Assembly: GCA_016208765.1 (NCBI GenBank) | Contig: JACQXK010000071.1 | Span: 22,429 to 86,428 of the forward strand | DNA length: 64,000 bases | DNA from: Candidatus Omnitrophota bacterium | GTDB taxonomy: Bacteria; Omnitrophota; Gorgyraeia; Gygaellales; Profunditerraquicolaceae | Direction of reading: 5' to 3' | Part shown: positions 47,640 to 58,000 of the stretch, one piece after another | Layout: every line of letters starts with the position of its first letter | Numbering within the stretch: position 1 is the stretch's first letter | The notes under the pieces: model-generated | The model's database searches: none | Told to the model about the DNA's origin: nothing | Seen by the model: only the letters and a program-made list of their open reading frames with translations | Position numbers and translations under genes: made by a program

Positions 47640-48917
47640 TTGTCAACCACCAAAAATATGTCTCCAAGAATCCTTAAGCACCCGGAAAGAAAATTAGTCT
47701 TAGAAAATTTCTTCTCTCTTACCATACTACAAGGCCTAAGTTATCTCCTGCCGCTAATTATACTCCCCTATCTTATCCGCGTAATTGGCGCAGAGCGTTT
47801 TGGCCTGATTGCATTCGCCCAGGCCTTTGTCCACTATTTTATGATCCTTACTGACTACGGCTTCAGCCTTACTGCCTCAAGAAGGATTTCCCTGCACAAA
47901 GATAAAAAACACAAAATAAAAACAATTTTCTCCTCGGTAATGACAATAAAGATCCTTCTCACCGCGTTTAGCTTTATTATTATGCTCTTACTTATCCAAA
48001 GCATCCCCCGTTTCAGGCAGGATTGGCTGGTGTATATGTTCAGCTTTGGTGCGGTAACCGGAAACATTCTCTTTCCTGTCTGGCTGTTTCAAGGGGCAGA
48101 GAGAATGAAATATGTTACAGCAATAAACGTAATCGGAGGATTAATTTATACAGCCTGTATCTTTATTTTTGTTAGAAGCACTGCAAATTATATTTATGTC
48201 CCACTGCTTAATTCTCTGCTTGCCTTAGGAACAGGCATTGCCGGGCTTATTATCGCCTTTAAAAAATTCGGCCTTGAATTTGTAGAACAACCTTTTGAGC
48301 TTATTCAGGAGGAGTTTAAAACCGGATGGAGCGTTTTTGTTTCTGTAGTAGCAATCAACGCCTACACATCAACGCGTATTTTCGCCATGGGCCTTCTAAC
48401 CAACAATATTCTTACCGGATACTATTCTATTGCCGAACGTATCGCCTATTTTGTCCAAACATTTCCCTTAGATTCATTTTCACAGGCAATCTACCCGCGG
48501 CTCAACCGTATTTTCCATAAAAATAATGAGCGTGCTTTAAAGTTAATGCGCAAAATTCAAGCCTCAACCACTCTTTCCTATGTAGTGGCCATCCCGATTA
48601 TTTTCCTTTTAGCTCCCTGGATCGTAGGAATAATCTGCGGGCAAAAGTTTGAAGCGGTAATTTTAAATTTAAGGCTGCTTTTAATTGCGGCATTTTTTGT
48701 CTGCGCGAATGCATTCAGGATCCAGTTTCTTTTAGTCTGCGGAAGACAGGACATTTATTCAAAACTGCATCTTGCAGCAGCAATGGTAGGGCTTCCCTTA
48801 ATATTTGTCTTTGTATTTCTATTTTCTTATCCGGGCGTTGCCATTTCGGCGATTACCATGGAATTCGCCATTCTTTTGGTGACTAAACACACCATCAAAA
48901 AATACAGCATATATTAG
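47640..48917 (+). CDS. Wzx-like oligosaccharide/polysaccharide flippase (MOP superfamily)
   Basis: 425 aa, ~12 TM, polysaccharide biosynthesis protein family N-terminus. Confidence 0.7.
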   Translation: MSTTKNMSPRILKHPERKLVLENFFSLTILQGLSYLLPLIILPYLIRVIGAERFGLIAFAQAFVHYFMILTDYGFSLTASRRISLHKDKKHKIKTIFSSVMTIKILLTAFSFIIMLLLIQSIPRFRQDWLVYMFSFGAVTGNILFPVWLFQGAERMKYVTAINVIGGLIYTACIFIFVRSTANYIYVPLLNSLLALGTGIAGLIIAFKKFGLEFVEQPFELIQEEFKTGWSVFVSVVAINAYTSTRIFAMGLLTNNILTGYYSIAERIAYFVQTFPLDSFSQAIYPRLNRIFHKNNERALKLMRKIQASTTLSYVVAIPIIFLLAPWIVGIICGQKFEAVILNLRLLLIAAFFVCANAFRIQFLLVCGRQDIYSKLHLAAAMVGLPLIFVFVFLFSYPGVAISAITMEFAILLVTKHTIKKYSIY

Positions 48918-49429
48918 GGAGTAAAATATTTTGGAGGCTCCCCGATTTTCTTCAATAAATTATTAATTTCTGCTTTTAATTCAATAACTCGCTGTTCCCG
49001 GCCCAACATAACTTTATTGAATTTTTCAAGCTGACCAAGCTTGTCCTGTAACCCTTCCTGCATTTTCTTAAAATCAGTTATATCAAAAGAGTATTCTATC
49101 ATATATATAAGCTTACCATTATCGTCAAAAACAGGATCCCCATGCACCTCCATAATCCGCTGATTTCCTTGTGAGTCAAAATGGACATGTTCTGTTTTAA
49201 CAGGCTGTTTTAACTTCTTTAGCTCGCTTAACGGGCAAATATGCGGGCTTGCACAAGGCGTTGATGAATGATGGGTAAGCTCATAACATTTTGAATTTTC
49301 ATTAAGCTCTCCAAAACCACATGCCTTATTGGCAAACACAACCTGATAATTATTCACATCTACAACGTAGAATGGATGCTGGACTGAATTAATAATCGAT
49401 TGTAAATATTTAATAGGGTCTTCTTTCAT
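48914..49429 (-). CDS. PAS-domain protein with Cys/His-rich insert
   Basis: PAS-like fold segments; CYELTHHSSTPCASPHICP. Confidence 0.45.
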   Translation of the reverse strand: MKEDPIKYLQSIINSVQHPFYVVDVNNYQVVFANKACGFGELNENSKCYELTHHSSTPCASPHICPLSELKKLKQPVKTEHVHFDSQGNQRIMEVHGDPVFDDNGKLIYMIEYSFDITDFKKMQEGLQDKLGQLEKFNKVMLGREQRVIELKAEINNLLKKIGEPPKYFTP

Positions 49430-49453
49430 TTTTCTCCTTTTGTTGTCGCAAAA

Positions 49454-50134
49454 CTATTTGTATATAATAGGGTCAGGAATTCCCGCTTTTTTAAACGCCT
49501 CAAGCCTTTCATTGCATGCGCCGCACTTACCGCAAGCCTTGTCTTGTCCTTTATAACAAGTCCATGTCAAAGAATAATCCACCCCTAATTGCGCTCCCTT
49601 CTTAACAATATCGCCCTTATCCAAATCCAAATAAGGAGCCTCTAACTCCACCGGTTCCCAATCTGCCAGGGAAATTGCGCGCTTCATCGCCTCAACAAAT
49701 TCCTTTCGGCAATCAGGATATACCGCATGGTCACCGGCGTGAGCTCCATAAAAAACTTTCTTCGCCCTTAAGCTTATCGCATAACCAACAGCCAGAGACA
49801 GAAAAATCATATTTCTGTTTGGCACAACAGTAAGTTTCATATTTTCTTCTTTGTAATTGCCTTCGGGGACTTGTGTATCCTCTGAAGTAAGCGCGCTGCG
49901 ATATAACAACTCCTTACCTGCTTGGATTAAATCTATAATTTTGTGTGGGATATTCAGTTTCTTACAGGTCTTCCTGGCAAACTCCAGTTCTTTAGAATGC
50001 CTCTGATTATAATTTATGCTTAAAGCGTATACTTCATAACCCTGATTTAGAATATCGTACAAAAGGGTTGTACTGTCCATGCCTCCAGAAAGAATAATCA
50101 CCGCTTTATTAGAAACCATCTGACTCTCTCTCAT
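49454..50134 (-). CDS. queC: 7-cyano-7-deazaguanine synthase
   Basis: PP-loop SGGMDSTT, C-terminal zinc motif [11 protein letters not shown]. Confidence 0.85.
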   Translation of the reverse strand: MRESQMVSNKAVIILSGGMDSTTLLYDILNQGYEVYALSINYNQRHSKELEFARKTCKKLNIPHKIIDLIQAGKELLYRSALTSEDTQVPEGNYKEENMKLTVVPNRNMIFLSLAVGYAISLRAKKVFYGAHAGDHAVYPDCRKEFVEAMKRAISLADWEPVELEAPYLDLDKGDIVKKGAQLGVDYSLTWTCYKGQDKACGKCGACNERLEAFKKAGIPDPIIYK

Positions 50135-50180
50135 ATCAACATAAAGATTGCAGGAATAATTTTAGCTTATAAGAAATATT

Positions 50181-50543
50181 TTATCCTATAAATTTATTTA
50201 TTTTGCTTAATAATTCATTCGGCTCAAACGGCTTAGTTACATAATCATCTGCGCGTGCATCATTGGCTACTTTTGCAATATCCATAGCGCTTGCAGTAAA
50301 TAAAATAACAGGAATGTTTTTGTATTTTTCGTCAAGCTTCAGTTTCTTACAAAGCTCGTCACCCTGCATTCCCGGTAAAAGTAAATCCAGCAATATCAAA
50401 TCACAAACACCATTCTCCAGATACACTATTGCTTCTTCAGCATTAAATGCAGTTACAATTTCATACCCAGAATATTTTAACCTTGTTGTTGCAACATCTA
50501 TAATATCTGGTTCATCATCAACAACAAGGATCCTTTTTGCCAT
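50181..50543 (-). CDS. stand-alone response regulator receiver domain (CheY-like)
   Basis: ILVVDDEP … DLILLDLLLPGMQG … receiver motifs; start MAKRILVVDD 1 nt after HK stop. Confidence 0.8.
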   Translation of the reverse strand: MAKRILVVDDEPDIIDVATTRLKYSGYEIVTAFNAEEAIVYLENGVCDLILLDLLLPGMQGDELCKKLKLDEKYKNIPVILFTASAMDIAKVANDARADDYVTKPFEPNELLSKINKFIG

Positions 50544-50544
50544 A

Positions 50545-52839
50545 TTACACCACACCTTTTTTAATAGGTAACGTAAAATAAAAAGCTGTTCCTTTGGCTG
50601 ATTCGCTAACCTCACCAGCAGGCAGGCCCACTTCGCTGATAGACTTAGGCTCTGCCCAGATCTTCCCCTTATGCACTTCTATTATTTTCTTACAAATTGA
50701 TAGCCCAAGGCCTGCCCCTTCTCTTCCTGCATGTAATTGGGTGAATTCTTGGAATAATTTTGGCAGGCTCTCTTCTTTTATTCCTATGCCCGTATCTTTA
50801 ACCATAACCTGGACGAAATCTCCTGCCTTACTGGTAGCGATAACAACACCGCCCTTATCGGTGAACTTTAAAGCATTATTCACCAAATTAGCCAAAACTT
50901 CAATAATTTTATCATGATCACATTGAACCTGAGGAAGCTTATCATCAAGTCGCAATTCAAAAGTTAAGTTTCTTTTCTTAAACAAAGGCTCCATTGCATT
51001 TTGTATGCCCTTAATTATTTCATTTATATCATTGTTTTCTATTTTAAATTCAATTTTCCCGGATTCAAGTTTCTGGAAATCTAATATTTCAACAATCAGC
51101 CTATCCAATCTATCCACATTCTTCTTAGCTATAGTTAAGTATTTTGTTTGTTCATCATTAATATTACCTGTTATCTTATCTAAAACCAAGGATATGCCTT
51201 CCTTAATAGAGGCAAGCGGCGTTCTTAGCTCGTGAGAAACCATAGATGTAAACTGCGTCTTAACGCGCGAAGCCTCCTGTAAATCAATCATAATATGCAG
51301 CATTGCCCTCTGCATTCTGGTTAAACTCTTGCTTTGCTCTTTAAGGTCACTTTCCTTTCTTTCCAAATCGCTTATAATTGCCATAATCTGACGCATATCC
51401 CTGGCCACTCCCACAATAGCAATAATTTGGCCGTCCTTTTGCATCAGCGAACCGCTAAAATTGATTGGGATCTTCTTACCCTGCTTAGTAAGAAAGGTTA
51501 AGCCAATATTATGCATAACCCCCTCATCAGTTATTTTCTGAAAGCATTTAAGCAATACCTCCCCTTCTTCTCCTTCTTCTTGCGCAAAAATATTCTTTAT
51601 TGGCTGGCCAATAAGCTCCGCTTCCCGATAACCCAGCAAGTCACATAAAGCCCTGTTTACTCCTTTTATAGAAAAAGCAGGGCTAATTATAACCAAACAG
51701 TCCACCATTGAAGAAATAATTGAATCCGTATAATCCTTCGCTGATACAAGCTCTTCTCTGGCCTTCTTTAAATTCTTAACCATTGAGTTAAAAGACACTG
51801 ATAGTTGGCCTATTTCATCTTTTGAGCCTATCTCTACTTGAGTATTCAAGTTACCATCGCTTATTTGAGTTGCTGCCCGGCCTAATTTAATTATTGGTTG
51901 TGAAAAATAATGTGAAAAAATCAGGGTAATTAAAAACGATAAAATTACCACAAATAAAAGAAATCCCATCATCCTGTTTTTCAACTCATTTGCGGGTGCA
52001 AAAACTATCTTTGCAGGAATGGCTAAAATTACACTCCAGCTATTGCCTGTAAAATCAATAAAACCTTTCTCTGTAGCAATAACCTCAAAATATTCTTTGT
52101 GGATTTTACACTTACCAGCAATAATCTTCTCTCCGGATAAAATATTTTGGGCAATTGCATAATGCCTAAGCCTATCTTTTAATATCCCATAACGATTATG
52201 GTTGGAATAAAGCAGGAGCCCTTGTTTATCCACCAAATCAATCTTTAAGGGCTGAGCATTGTTACCTATGCCAATAGCAAGCCTGGTTATCTCGTATAAT
52301 TTAGAAGTCGCTACCCTTCCCACCAGAACACCGGTCATTTTACCTTCCAGATAGACCGGATAAGCAAAGAAAATTACAGGGATCCTTAAAGAGTATGAAT
52401 ACCCTGCCAACTGAGCTATTGAAGGCGCGCCTTTTAAGATCTCTCTCCAATATTCACTCTGAACAAATAATGAATGTTGCTCCCCTATATCAATCCCGGA
52501 TGTATCCGCTATTCTTTTACCGTCCAAGTCAAGATAGGATAAAGAAATATAATTCTTATTTTCATTTCTGTAGTTGATTAAATCTTGCCTTATTTTATCC
52601 GGGTTAGATCCGCCTAATATCATCGCAAGCCGCACCGAGAAAGATCTCAAGTCTATTTTTCTCTCATACATAAACCTATCAATGATTTCAATGATTGTTG
52701 CTGCCCTAAACGCCAATTTATCCACTATCTGACACTCAAGCATCCTGACATTTGAAAAATAAACAAGGGAAGAAAGAACAACGGCCGAAACAAAAACAAT
52801 ACTAACAACTAAAACTGTAAATTTGGCTGCAAATTTCAT
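50545..52839 (-). CDS. sensor histidine kinase (periplasmic Cache-like domain, HAMP, PAS, HisKA, HATPase_c)
   Basis: H-box HELRTPLASI, N/G boxes in C-terminus, two TM flanking ~270-aa extracytoplasmic domain. Confidence 0.85.
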   Translation of the reverse strand: MKFAAKFTVLVVSIVFVSAVVLSSLVYFSNVRMLECQIVDKLAFRAATIIEIIDRFMYERKIDLRSFSVRLAMILGGSNPDKIRQDLINYRNENKNYISLSYLDLDGKRIADTSGIDIGEQHSLFVQSEYWREILKGAPSIAQLAGYSYSLRIPVIFFAYPVYLEGKMTGVLVGRVATSKLYEITRLAIGIGNNAQPLKIDLVDKQGLLLYSNHNRYGILKDRLRHYAIAQNILSGEKIIAGKCKIHKEYFEVIATEKGFIDFTGNSWSVILAIPAKIVFAPANELKNRMMGFLLFVVILSFLITLIFSHYFSQPIIKLGRAATQISDGNLNTQVEIGSKDEIGQLSVSFNSMVKNLKKAREELVSAKDYTDSIISSMVDCLVIISPAFSIKGVNRALCDLLGYREAELIGQPIKNIFAQEEGEEGEVLLKCFQKITDEGVMHNIGLTFLTKQGKKIPINFSGSLMQKDGQIIAIVGVARDMRQIMAIISDLERKESDLKEQSKSLTRMQRAMLHIMIDLQEASRVKTQFTSMVSHELRTPLASIKEGISLVLDKITGNINDEQTKYLTIAKKNVDRLDRLIVEILDFQKLESGKIEFKIENNDINEIIKGIQNAMEPLFKKRNLTFELRLDDKLPQVQCDHDKIIEVLANLVNNALKFTDKGGVVIATSKAGDFVQVMVKDTGIGIKEESLPKLFQEFTQLHAGREGAGLGLSICKKIIEVHKGKIWAEPKSISEVGLPAGEVSESAKGTAFYFTLPIKKGVV

Positions 52840-53849
52840 TTTTCCTTAATTAATTCCTCAATAAATTCAGGCGCAATAATTTCAGCCGGCGTAAACACCT
52901 GAGACAACTGGCCTCGCTTAATATAAAATTCGGATATAAAATGCATGCTTCGAGCAATCCTTGATTCTTTTCCTGATAACCCAACCATATCCAGAAAGTT
53001 AGCTTTTAAATCAGGCTGGATAATCCCATCCAAACCGTCAATCATCGCTTCTTTTGACATCCCCTCGGCCTGGCCCATAATTTTTATAGCTTCTTCTTTG
53101 TTGCTATAAATAAAATCCCGGGCTTCAAGAAGAGATTTCACAATCGCCTTTATTTCATCAGGCCTTTGCTTTATTATATTGTCGTTAAAAGCCAGAACAT
53201 CTATTATTATATCTGGGGCCTCTTTTGCATAAGCAATTATCTTGTAACCTTTTTTAATAGCCTCGGTTTTGGTGGGATTCCATGTGTGCCCTGCGTCTAT
53301 TGAACCTTTTTCCAACTCTGCTAAAACCTGATGGCTGGGTACAAGTTTAAAATAAACATCCGCCTCCTTAATGCCCGCTTTCTCTAAAGACTCTAAAACA
53401 AAAATATGAGAAAATGAATTTACTCCTTCAAAGCTTATTGTCTTTCCTTTTAGATCTGTTAACGAATCAATCTTAGGGTTTGCAATTATCACATCCCCCG
53501 TTGTAGAATAATCAACGATATAGACAACTCTTGTCGGGATGCCCTCAGAATTCACTCTTACGATATCAGGCATAACCGAAAAAACACCATCACAGCCGCC
53601 ATCTCTATACAACTCAAGCGATTCATACTGCTCTTTTTTTAAGATTAACTCCACATCAACCCCGTTTTTCTTAAAAAACCCCTTTTCCTGGGAGATAAAA
53701 GCATGGGCGTATCCCGGCCATACACTTATACCGATCTTTATCGGCTTCTTTGGCTCTTTCTGGGAACAAAAACACCCGGACATTATCACTACGGCTATTA
53801 ATAAAAATATAATTACCTCAAATCTGCGCATTGCAATTCTCCATGTCAA
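52836..53849 (-). CDS. NMT1/THI5-like periplasmic binding protein (SsuA/TauA/NrtA family), lipoprotein
   Basis: Lipobox-type signal (…MSGCF), type-II PBP fold. Confidence 0.6.
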   Translation of the reverse strand: MTWRIAMRRFEVIIFLLIAVVIMSGCFCSQKEPKKPIKIGISVWPGYAHAFISQEKGFFKKNGVDVELILKKEQYESLELYRDGGCDGVFSVMPDIVRVNSEGIPTRVVYIVDYSTTGDVIIANPKIDSLTDLKGKTISFEGVNSFSHIFVLESLEKAGIKEADVYFKLVPSHQVLAELEKGSIDAGHTWNPTKTEAIKKGYKIIAYAKEAPDIIIDVLAFNDNIIKQRPDEIKAIVKSLLEARDFIYSNKEEAIKIMGQAEGMSKEAMIDGLDGIIQPDLKANFLDMVGLSGKESRIARSMHFISEFYIKRGQLSQVFTPAEIIAPEFIEELIKEK

Positions 53850-53851
53850 TT

Positions 53852-55528
53852 TTAAACTGCCGGCTTTAACTTCTTTTCCAGCTCCCTTATCTTCTCCTCC
53901 AGCTCTTCCATCTTTAATTCTCTGTCCACGGCAAATTTACTAAATCGCTCCAAATCCCACAACCTCTCTTTTAATTCTTGTTCAATGCGTTTACGCTCGC
54001 TAACTTCTTTATACAAATCATCATTCGCTTTGGAAAGTTCTGCGGTCCTGACCTTCACGCGCAACTCTAATTCCGAATAAGATTCCTTCAGAGCTTCTCC
54101 CAATTTCCTGCTCTCAGTAATGTCGCGGCCCTCAGGAATCATAAAAATAACCCTGCCGGATTCGTCTTTGATTGGTTTCAGGGAAAAGTCAATGTAATGC
54201 AAACTCCCGTCTTTTGCAATATGAGTAGCTTCAAAACGCACGAATTCTCCTGACGCCACCTTCTTTATAGAATCGCGCAACTTTTGCTGCAACTCCCTGG
54301 AATGCACCCACCATGGCGTCTCCCAAAAAGGCTTATTTAGAACTGCAGAAACTTCAACTCCTGCAAATTCCAGCGCAGCCCTGTTAGCTTCTATTAAAAT
54401 ACCTTCAACAGTCATTAGGCCGATGAATTGATAAGTTTGGTCAAAAACAGCACGAACTTTAAGCTGGCTATCCCGCAAAGATATCTCAATTTCTTTACTT
54501 TTGGTAATATCGCGGATGAATGCAAACATCATGCCGCCATCTACTTGCATGTAATTAACGGTTACTTCAACATCCAGAATCTTACTATCTTTACACCTAT
54601 GTTTAGTTTCAAAACGGTCACAGCCTGTTTTTTTTACCTTTCCGATATGGTTTTCAACCCCTTCAGGACATTCTACCATTTCAATATCCTGGATCTTCAT
54701 TTTCATTAATTCCGGCAAACTGTAACCTATCATCCGACAGTATGCGTCATTTACATTTAAGAAATTGCCTTTTTCATCTACAACCCAGAAACCATCCATT
54801 GTGATCTTCAGAATAGCTTCATATTGCTTCTTCAGAAACTCATGTTCTATTTCATTCCGCGACCTTTCAATTATGTCATCCCTGATTTGCTCATAAAATT
54901 CCCTGCTGACCTTGCCCTTAGCCCTCTCTATAAATTCATCAGGGGAAATATAATAAGGATTGCGGCATACTGAATGATTGACGATGATTTTTGGATGCGC
55001 GTGGATCATATCAATCAAAGTCTGCGGATCAAATTTTCTTTCGCTATATTGGCAAAGCGCGATTATTTTACTCTTCGGGAGCAAATAATTAAGCCTTACC
55101 TCATACTCCATCAGCTTTTCCATTCCCTGCTGCTTTGCAAGACACCATGTCATTTCTCCGGTTACTCTTAAACCGCCATATCCTTCTTTTAAAGCGTGTT
55201 TTTCTAGATCTTTGAGCAATGCCATCATATGATCAGGATCAAAACAACCATCTTTAAGATAAGTTTCTTCCTTAGTGAAGAACTCAAATTGTTTTGTTTG
55301 AATATGCTTTTCAATGTCTATGTCAGATCCTTTAAAGGCTTTTACAACGTCTTCCTTTGAATTATCATCAACAACATAAATACACTTTTCATTATTTTGC
55401 AGGCCAATAAACATATACGGTATTATTACCGCAAACTGCTCATCGTGATTCTTATAAAAAGAGCAAACATGCTCACCAAGCCCGAAGTGTCTCAGTTCGC
55501 TGGTTATTTTTCCAGCCGTATTTTTCAT
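53852..55528 (-). CDS. MEDS-domain + tandem PAS + coiled-coil sensor protein without output domain
   Basis: N-terminal HVCSFYKNHDEQFAVIIPYMFIGLQNNEKCIYV (MEDS-type), two PAS folds, C-terminal heptad-rich tail. Confidence 0.55.
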   Translation of the reverse strand: MKNTAGKITSELRHFGLGEHVCSFYKNHDEQFAVIIPYMFIGLQNNEKCIYVVDDNSKEDVVKAFKGSDIDIEKHIQTKQFEFFTKEETYLKDGCFDPDHMMALLKDLEKHALKEGYGGLRVTGEMTWCLAKQQGMEKLMEYEVRLNYLLPKSKIIALCQYSERKFDPQTLIDMIHAHPKIIVNHSVCRNPYYISPDEFIERAKGKVSREFYEQIRDDIIERSRNEIEHEFLKKQYEAILKITMDGFWVVDEKGNFLNVNDAYCRMIGYSLPELMKMKIQDIEMVECPEGVENHIGKVKKTGCDRFETKHRCKDSKILDVEVTVNYMQVDGGMMFAFIRDITKSKEIEISLRDSQLKVRAVFDQTYQFIGLMTVEGILIEANRAALEFAGVEVSAVLNKPFWETPWWVHSRELQQKLRDSIKKVASGEFVRFEATHIAKDGSLHYIDFSLKPIKDESGRVIFMIPEGRDITESRKLGEALKESYSELELRVKVRTAELSKANDDLYKEVSERKRIEQELKERLWDLERFSKFAVDRELKMEELEEKIRELEKKLKPAV

Positions 55529-55778
55529 CTGATTCAGCCCCTCCTAAAAGTAAAAACCCAAATATTCTGACTGCTTATGCACAAAATATTTGGGTTGATT
55601 TTAGAGAAACTTGCAAGAGTAATTAGGCTTCTTTGATTACTCATATTCATATGCCTCCCTCATCTCCACAAAAACATGGTATTTACATAAATATTATATC
55701 ACCCGCATCTTAAAATGGCTAAAAATAAAATCTTTCTCTGCTCCTTGTAAAACAGATTAGATAGGGTATACTTTAATT

Positions 55779-55880
55779 GAGGGATGGGTAGAATAAAGGT
55801 GGTTATAGTTAACCATCCTTCGCGCAAGAGCTGGGGCTGTAGAAGTTTAACAGTGAACCCTGACTCTTGCTTCTTTTTTT
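55779..55880 (+). ncRNA. candidate small RNA (~100 nt) bounded by sigma70-like promoter and intrinsic terminator
   Basis: TTGTAA(55745)-N16-TATACT(55767); internal hairpins ggatgg/ccatcc and tggtta/taacca; terminator stem gcaagag…ctcttgc then TTCTTTTTTT (55871-55880); no ORF. Confidence 0.3.
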
Positions 55881-55884
55881 ATAA

Positions 55885-56613
55885 TTATTGCGGAACTTTC
55901 TCAAAATGCTGGTAATCTTTTAAAGATTTCCAGTTTCCTCCCCAAGTCCAGCCAAAACGTTTAAAAGTTTTTACAACAGGAGAATCGCAGGTGAGTGTTC
56001 CCGGCTTGTTTGGATCGTATACTGCGCCGGCAGGCAGCACAATGTCTCCTTTAATATAGGGATTTTGCACCGGATTTATATCAACGGCAAAACCATAGGC
56101 GTGCTTTGAAAGTTTTTTTCCTCCGGTTACCAATCTATAATTAAACGCAGAAGTATTATTGGCTAACATAGACTGGTCATCTTCATTCCATATTCCATTT
56201 TTTAAAAACCGGTCATGAGCTATCGGAATTACAGAAGCAATAGGGAATTTGTTCTCTAAGGCCACACGGAATACTTCTTGGATATCTTCTACGAGCCTTT
56301 CATCTATAACAAGCTGCCCCTTATGTATTTTCTTGTCAAAAGAATAATATACTACCTCTACAAGCCTTTGCCTTTCTTTAAATTCAGGCGGGCTTTCTTT
56401 TCTCAAAGCTTCAGCCAACGACATACTGCTATCAATGATCGGATTCTCCAAATAACCGAGAGGCGATTGCGCAAGTTGCCCTGCCGGAGCGCTTGTTGGG
56501 CCGCTTAACTTTGTGGCACATCCTGATAAAATTGCAGCAAAAAACAATAAATAAAAAAATAAATATTTCTTTAGCATAATAAAAAACGCACGGGTATTAA
56601 TGCTTGTTTTCAA
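55885..56613 (-). CDS. M15-family D,D-/L,D-carboxypeptidase-like zinc peptidase (lipoprotein)
   Basis: Lipobox LSGC; zinc site HAYGFAVDINP. Confidence 0.65.
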   Translation of the reverse strand: MKTSINTRAFFIMLKKYLFFYLLFFAAILSGCATKLSGPTSAPAGQLAQSPLGYLENPIIDSSMSLAEALRKESPPEFKERQRLVEVVYYSFDKKIHKGQLVIDERLVEDIQEVFRVALENKFPIASVIPIAHDRFLKNGIWNEDDQSMLANNTSAFNYRLVTGGKKLSKHAYGFAVDINPVQNPYIKGDIVLPAGAVYDPNKPGTLTCDSPVVKTFKRFGWTWGGNWKSLKDYQHFEKVPQ

Positions 56614-57967
56614 AATGCGCCAGTAAATCTTTCTTAGTGGCGCCTAATTTCTTAAGAGCTGCTTCATTATCCAAATTGTAGGCCCGGCAAAAAGTTGACA
56701 CGTCTTTAATGTTAGTAATTTTTTTCTGGGCCATTATTTCCAAAACTTTGGCGCGCACCTTTACTTCGTTCATGATCTGCTGCGACGTAAATCCCGAAGC
56801 TGTTGCCAGGCGGTCACGGTAAACTGTGCTGGGGGATATTTCTTTTACGTAATTGTGTTCAAAATCGTATTTCCATATCTGCGACAAAAGGACCATTCTT
56901 TGTTCCATCCCGCCTGTCTCGCTTACCTCTTCAATAGAACGGGAAACCTCGCCATTTACCAGTAATTTACGGGTAATAATAAAAACATCCACCAAATTGA
57001 CCAAAACCTCAGGCACATTCATCGGCTCGTTCTGCAACCTTAAAATCGCCTCTCTGGACGTTGAGGCATGAATAGTCCCTAAACAATTCTTCCCGATGTT
57101 TACCGCAGTCATTAAATCCTTCGCCTCAGCTCCTCTTACCTCTCCAACCACCACTCTATCAGGGCGCATCCTCAGGCTGTTTTTTACCAGATCCTCCATA
57201 CTCATATCATCGTCGCTTTCAAGTCGTGAACAACTTGCTTCAAAAGAAGTATCAAGTTCCAACGTATCTTCAATAACCACAATTCGTTCTGTGCTTGGTA
57301 TAAAACTAAACAGCGCGTTCATAAGGGTGGTTTTACCGGTGCCTGGGCCGCCGGCAATAATTATATTTGCCGGCCTGATTGACAAGCCTTCAATGTACAA
57401 CCATAATTGAGCCGCCAGGTGAAAACTCAATGCCCGTCTCTCAACCAGGTCAATTATGCTTAACGGCTCAACCTTGGCCTTAGTAATAGTAATCTGTGAA
57501 CCAAAAGGAGAAGCGCAAATATTAACCCTGCCTTTAATATTATGCAGCTCAAAATTGATAATTTTCTTTAAAGAACTCCTGCCTGAAAGGATCAGCAGCT
57601 TTTTAATAAAAAGCTCCAGTTGACGCTGGTTTGAGAATTTCTTGTCGGTGCTCACCAACCCCTTGCGGCTATGGTGAATATAAATGTTATTCAGTCCGTT
57701 GATGATAATATCCTCTACTTCATTATCACTAAGCAAATCATCAATTACGCCGTAAGAGAGAAAGTTTGTAATAAAGCTCCTCTTTGCCTCCGGAGCGCTG
57801 ATTGCTTTTAATTCATTAGGGATAATCTGCTCTTTTAGTTCACCGCTAATTTCATCTACAACCGCAGAAACAATATCTTCCCGTTCGGCATCCGAAAGCA
57901 TAAGATGAATTCTTCCGGCAAGCTTATCTAAAATCTCCGCTTCCAATTCAAAAAATTTGTCTGCCAT
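56597..57967 (-). CDS. type II/IV secretion-system ATPase, CpaF/TadA/VirB11 family
   Basis: Walker A AGGPGTGKTT, Walker B VIEDTLEL, motifs VVGEVRGAEA and GTIHAS. Confidence 0.8.
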   Translation of the reverse strand: MADKFFELEAEILDKLAGRIHLMLSDAEREDIVSAVVDEISGELKEQIIPNELKAISAPEAKRSFITNFLSYGVIDDLLSDNEVEDIIINGLNNIYIHHSRKGLVSTDKKFSNQRQLELFIKKLLILSGRSSLKKIINFELHNIKGRVNICASPFGSQITITKAKVEPLSIIDLVERRALSFHLAAQLWLYIEGLSIRPANIIIAGGPGTGKTTLMNALFSFIPSTERIVVIEDTLELDTSFEASCSRLESDDDMSMEDLVKNSLRMRPDRVVVGEVRGAEAKDLMTAVNIGKNCLGTIHASTSREAILRLQNEPMNVPEVLVNLVDVFIITRKLLVNGEVSRSIEEVSETGGMEQRMVLLSQIWKYDFEHNYVKEISPSTVYRDRLATASGFTSQQIMNEVKVRAKVLEIMAQKKITNIKDVSTFCRAYNLDNEAALKKLGATKKDLLAHFENKH

Positions 57968-58000
57968 TTATTCCCCTTTCTAAGAAAGAATCTGTTCTTA

